Shown in pieces: positions 53,906-56,342 of a stretch of 56,342 nucleotides of DNA; positions within the stretch are counted from its first letter, which is position 1; every line of letters begins with the position of its first letter. The translations under genes were made by a program, and so were the position numbers. Source of the stretch: Candidatus Zambryskiibacteriota bacterium (GTDB taxonomy: Bacteria; Patescibacteriota; Minisyncoccia; Phycocordibacterales; DATDWN01); assembly GCA_023267045.1 (NCBI GenBank), contig JAHFOB010000004.1:1-56342 (forward strand), in the 5' to 3' direction. The notes beneath the pieces were generated by a model. The model worked only from the letters and a program-made list of their open reading frames with translations, did not search any database and was not told the DNA's origin.

Positions 53906-55023
53906 TTACAGAAACAGAAAAAATAATCAAAGAAAGAGTCAATAAATTACCATCTGGAGTGTTAATTGCTATTAAGAGTATTTCTTTGGAAGAAAAAATG
54001 AAAGTCGTAGCAAAAAATAATAATTTAAATGAAGAACAGGAAGAATTATTCGCAACAGAAACTACCCTTGTAATATTAGGAATTGAATCGCCAGAAAAAT
54101 ACCCTGATAACCTAGCAGATAATGTTGGCTTAGATGATAAAACAGTTGTAAAAATCGCCAAAGAAGTTGATGAACAAATTCTTACACCAATACTGGAAAT
54201 GGTTGAGAAAAATAAAAAAATAATTTCTCAAAAGCCAAATTCTGAAAAATCTTACGGAAATACACAAAATATCTCCACAGGAGTTAAAGAAAGAGTTATT
54301 GAAATTGCAGTAAAATATGGACTAGATAAAAACCAAGAAAATGCTTTGGTTACGCTTGCCCTATCTGTAATTTCAAACCCAGAAGAAAAAGGTCTACTGC
54401 AGAATAATATATCTCAAACTCTAAAAATATCTGGCTTGATGGCGGAACAAATAGTAAGTGACTTAGAAAAAAGAGTTTTCAGTCAACAGGTAAAATTAGA
54501 AAAAATTCCCGACAAAAAACCAACAGAAAATAAACCTGTTGAAACAAAAATTCCTGAAGTGAAACCCACAAACTTGCCTATGGTTGAGAAAAATGAGGTA
54601 GCACATGATGTAAAAAAAGATAGTAGCGAGGGATCAGTAGCTAGTAGCAAGGAAAATACTACAGAACCAGATATGTCAAAGAGACACTTTGACATTGAAC
54701 AAACACCGCCTCCTGTGCCAAAACCTGTTATGCCAGCTCCAGTATACAAACCTGATATTCCAGAGCCAGTACAAAGACCTTTTTCTGTGCCTAGAATAAT
54801 CCCAGTAGTAGAGCAAAGCTCACTACGGGACACGGTTACAATGCCAAAAGAAGAAGAAATGACCAAACCCCAAAGCCCAATGACCAATGAGGATGCGAAA
54901 CCTGTTCAGAATATGATGAATGATAAAATGACAAAAGTAACAACGGGTATGTCAGAAAAACCCAAACCGGACGAACCACCAAAGAAATACAGTGCTGATC
55001 CATATAGAGAACCGTTGGAGTAA
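53902..55023 (+). CDS. Hypothetical protein with a Pro/Lys-rich C-terminal half (T4SS-like cluster)
   Basis: 373 aa, translationally coupled to the upstream gene. Confidence 0.55.
   Translation: MITETEKIIKERVNKLPSGVLIAIKSISLEEKMKVVAKNNNLNEEQEELFATETTLVILGIESPEKYPDNLADNVGLDDKTVVKIAKEVDEQILTPILEMVEKNKKIISQKPNSEKSYGNTQNISTGVKERVIEIAVKYGLDKNQENALVTLALSVISNPEEKGLLQNNISQTLKISGLMAEQIVSDLEKRVFSQQVKLEKIPDKKPTENKPVETKIPEVKPTNLPMVEKNEVAHDVKKDSSEGSVASSKENTTEPDMSKRHFDIEQTPPPVPKPVMPAPVYKPDIPEPVQRPFSVPRIIPVVEQSSLRDTVTMPKEEEMTKPQSPMTNEDAKPVQNMMNDKMTKVTTGMSEKPKPDEPPKKYSADPYREPLE
54801..54829. repeat. Family 2 short palindrome located in-frame inside the 373-aa ORF
   Basis: cccagtagtagagcaaagctcactacggg encodes PVVEQSSLR. 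Confidence 0.7.
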
Positions 55024-55128
55024 ACCGCGATACGAATATACGAAACATGCGAATAAAACGAATAAATTCAAAACATAGCATCCATTCGTATCATTCGAAT
55101 AATTCGTAGATTAGTATCGATAACATTT

Positions 55129-55563
55129 ATGAGATACCAAGTTCCACAATTTATAGAAATAGAAGATAAAATAATTGGTTCACTTACCATAAAGCAGTTT
55201 GTCTACGTCGTCGGTGGAATTGGTATGTCTTTTATTATTTATACTTATATAACTTTTTATATCGCTCTTATACTTATCGCTATAATTATTCCTCTTTCAC
55301 TGGCTCTAGCGTTCTACAAAGTAAATAACAAACCGTTTATAGATTTTATGGAATCAGCTTTTATGTACTACACAAAACAAAATCTATATATTTGGAAAAA
55401 AGAGAATAAAGTAGCAAGTAGCAAGGAACAAGTAGCTAAGGAACCAAATCAAGTCTATGTACCGAGACTGTCAGATAGCAAACTAAAAGAGCTTTCATGG
55501 TCACTTGATATAAACGAAAATCTCAATCCTCTGACGGGAAGCGACGGAAAAACGACGAAATAG
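55129..55563 (+). CDS. PrgI-family (VirB3-like) T4SS membrane protein
   Basis: MRYQVPQFIEIEDKIIGSLTIKQFVYVVGG followed by two TM segments; typical PrgI/TcpE-like N-terminus. Confidence 0.65.
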   Translation: MRYQVPQFIEIEDKIIGSLTIKQFVYVVGGIGMSFIIYTYITFYIALILIAIIIPLSLALAFYKVNNKPFIDFMESAFMYYTKQNLYIWKKENKVASSKEQVAKEPNQVYVPRLSDSKLKELSWSLDINENLNPLTGSDGKTTK

Positions 55564-55662
55564 TTCATAAAGTTATAAGGTTTATAAAGTTTGTAAAGTG
55601 TATTATAATAAGGTCATACTGAATTTACTTTATGAACTTTAAAACTTTAAGAACTTTATAAC
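55564..55662. repeat. Hairpin built from ATAAAGTT-type word repeats (family 3)
   Basis: The left arm is ttcataaagttataaggtttataaagtttgtaaagtg and the right arm is tactttatgaactttaaaactttaagaactttataac. Confidence 0.75.
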
Positions 55663-55669
55663 TAATTCA

Positions 55670-56311
55670 ATGGCTGTATCTTCAAAAGCAACACAAGAAT
55701 TTGTTCCTATAAAAGAAGTACGCGACGGCGTAGTTATGTTGAAAGATGGCTCAATGCGAGGAGTTATTCTGTCATCTTCTCTAAACTTTTCTCTAAAATC
55801 AGATGACGAGCGCAACGCCATCATTTTACAATTTCAGGATTTTCTAAACTCTTTGGATTTCTCTGTTCAGATTTCGATTCAATCAAGAAGGCTGGATATA
55901 CGGCCATACATAGCCCTTTTAGAGGATAGATACAAAGAACAGACAAATGACTTGATGAAAATCCAGACTCGTGAATATATAGAGTTTATAAAGAAATTTA
56001 CAGAAACGACAAACATAATGACAAAAAGTTTCTTTGTCATTGTCCCGTACGACCCAGCAATAATAAATGTTAAAAGTGGAGTAGCTTCAGGACTTTTCAA
56101 AAGACAATCAGAAAGTCAGAAAAATATAAACAAACAAGCAAGTTTTGAGGAAAATCGAACACAGTTGGAACAAAGAGTTTCTGTTGTTGAACAAGGTCTA
56201 TCACGATGTGGCATACGAGTGATACGGTTGGGAACAGAAGAAGTGATAGAGCTCTTCTACAAAATATTTAATCCTGGGGATACGGAAAAGCCGATACAGA
56301 TGAGTCAGTAG
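55670..56311 (+). CDS. VirB4/TrsE-type T4SS ATPase, N-terminal domain only (stand-alone 213-aa ORF)
   Basis: TQEFVPIKEVRDGVVMLKDGSMRGVILSSSLNFSLKSDDERNAIILQFQDFLNSLDFSVQI matches the N-terminal pattern I recall for Gram-positive/CPR VirB4-like proteins. No Walker A motif occurs before the TAG at 56309. Confidence 0.55.
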   Translation: MAVSSKATQEFVPIKEVRDGVVMLKDGSMRGVILSSSLNFSLKSDDERNAIILQFQDFLNSLDFSVQISIQSRRLDIRPYIALLEDRYKEQTNDLMKIQTREYIEFIKKFTETTNIMTKSFFVIVPYDPAIINVKSGVASGLFKRQSESQKNINKQASFEENRTQLEQRVSVVEQGLSRCGIRVIRLGTEEVIELFYKIFNPGDTEKPIQMSQ

Positions 56312-56342
56312 TTTGTAAAGTTCATAAAGTTTTTAAAGTTAT

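Noticed and set aside
1-56342. Alternative genetic code (UGA recoding, as in Gracilibacteria/Absconditabacteria)
   Set aside because: Long conserved genes are uninterrupted under the standard code. TGA terminates well-defined genes at the expected C-termini, for example rsmA at 46453-46455 and the 853-aa protein at 51601-51603.

Overview
This is a low-G+C bacterial chromosome segment (judged by eye, not computed). Its gene content and style look like a Candidate Phyla Radiation / Patescibacteria (Parcubacteria-like) genome: tightly packed genes, many small membrane proteins, type IV pilus genes, NYN-domain genes, a DGR and a Gram-positive-type T4SS-like module. The standard code applies, since TGA is used as a stop. 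Housekeeping genes are recJ (partial), a HIT-family gene, pgk, tpiA, nusA, ppa, tig, rsmE, clpP, rny, hup, cca, xth, a xerC/D-like recombinase, rpsO, yifB/comM, pcrA, rsmA and four tRNAs (Gly-UCC, Pro-UGG, Gly-GCC, Arg-UCG). Accessory content: (1) A type IV pilus block (pilB, pilC, three pilin-like or pilus-associated ORFs), with pilB and pilC separated by a GC-rich gene plus an NYN gene. (2) A complete diversity-generating retroelement at 17.4-20.1 kb (RT, Avd-like ORF, TR/VR pair with adenine-specific mismatches) in an unusual layout. (3) A T4SS-like cluster at 48-56 kb (large secreted protein, polytopic VirB6-like protein, PrgI/VirB3-like protein, VirB4 N-terminal domain as a separate ORF). 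(4) Several visibly GC-rich mini-cassettes with consensus sigma70 promoters and strong terminators. (5) Most strikingly, the intergenic DNA is built from a few families of long hairpin/palindromic repeats. Some show compensatory base changes between copies. One short family is also found in-frame inside protein-coding genes (pcrA twice, one T4SS-cluster ORF), reminiscent of Rickettsia palindromic elements. Three or four GC-rich promoter-to-terminator units look like structured sRNAs that I cannot assign to any known family. All coordinates and alignments were worked out by hand from the sequence, and no database search was possible.
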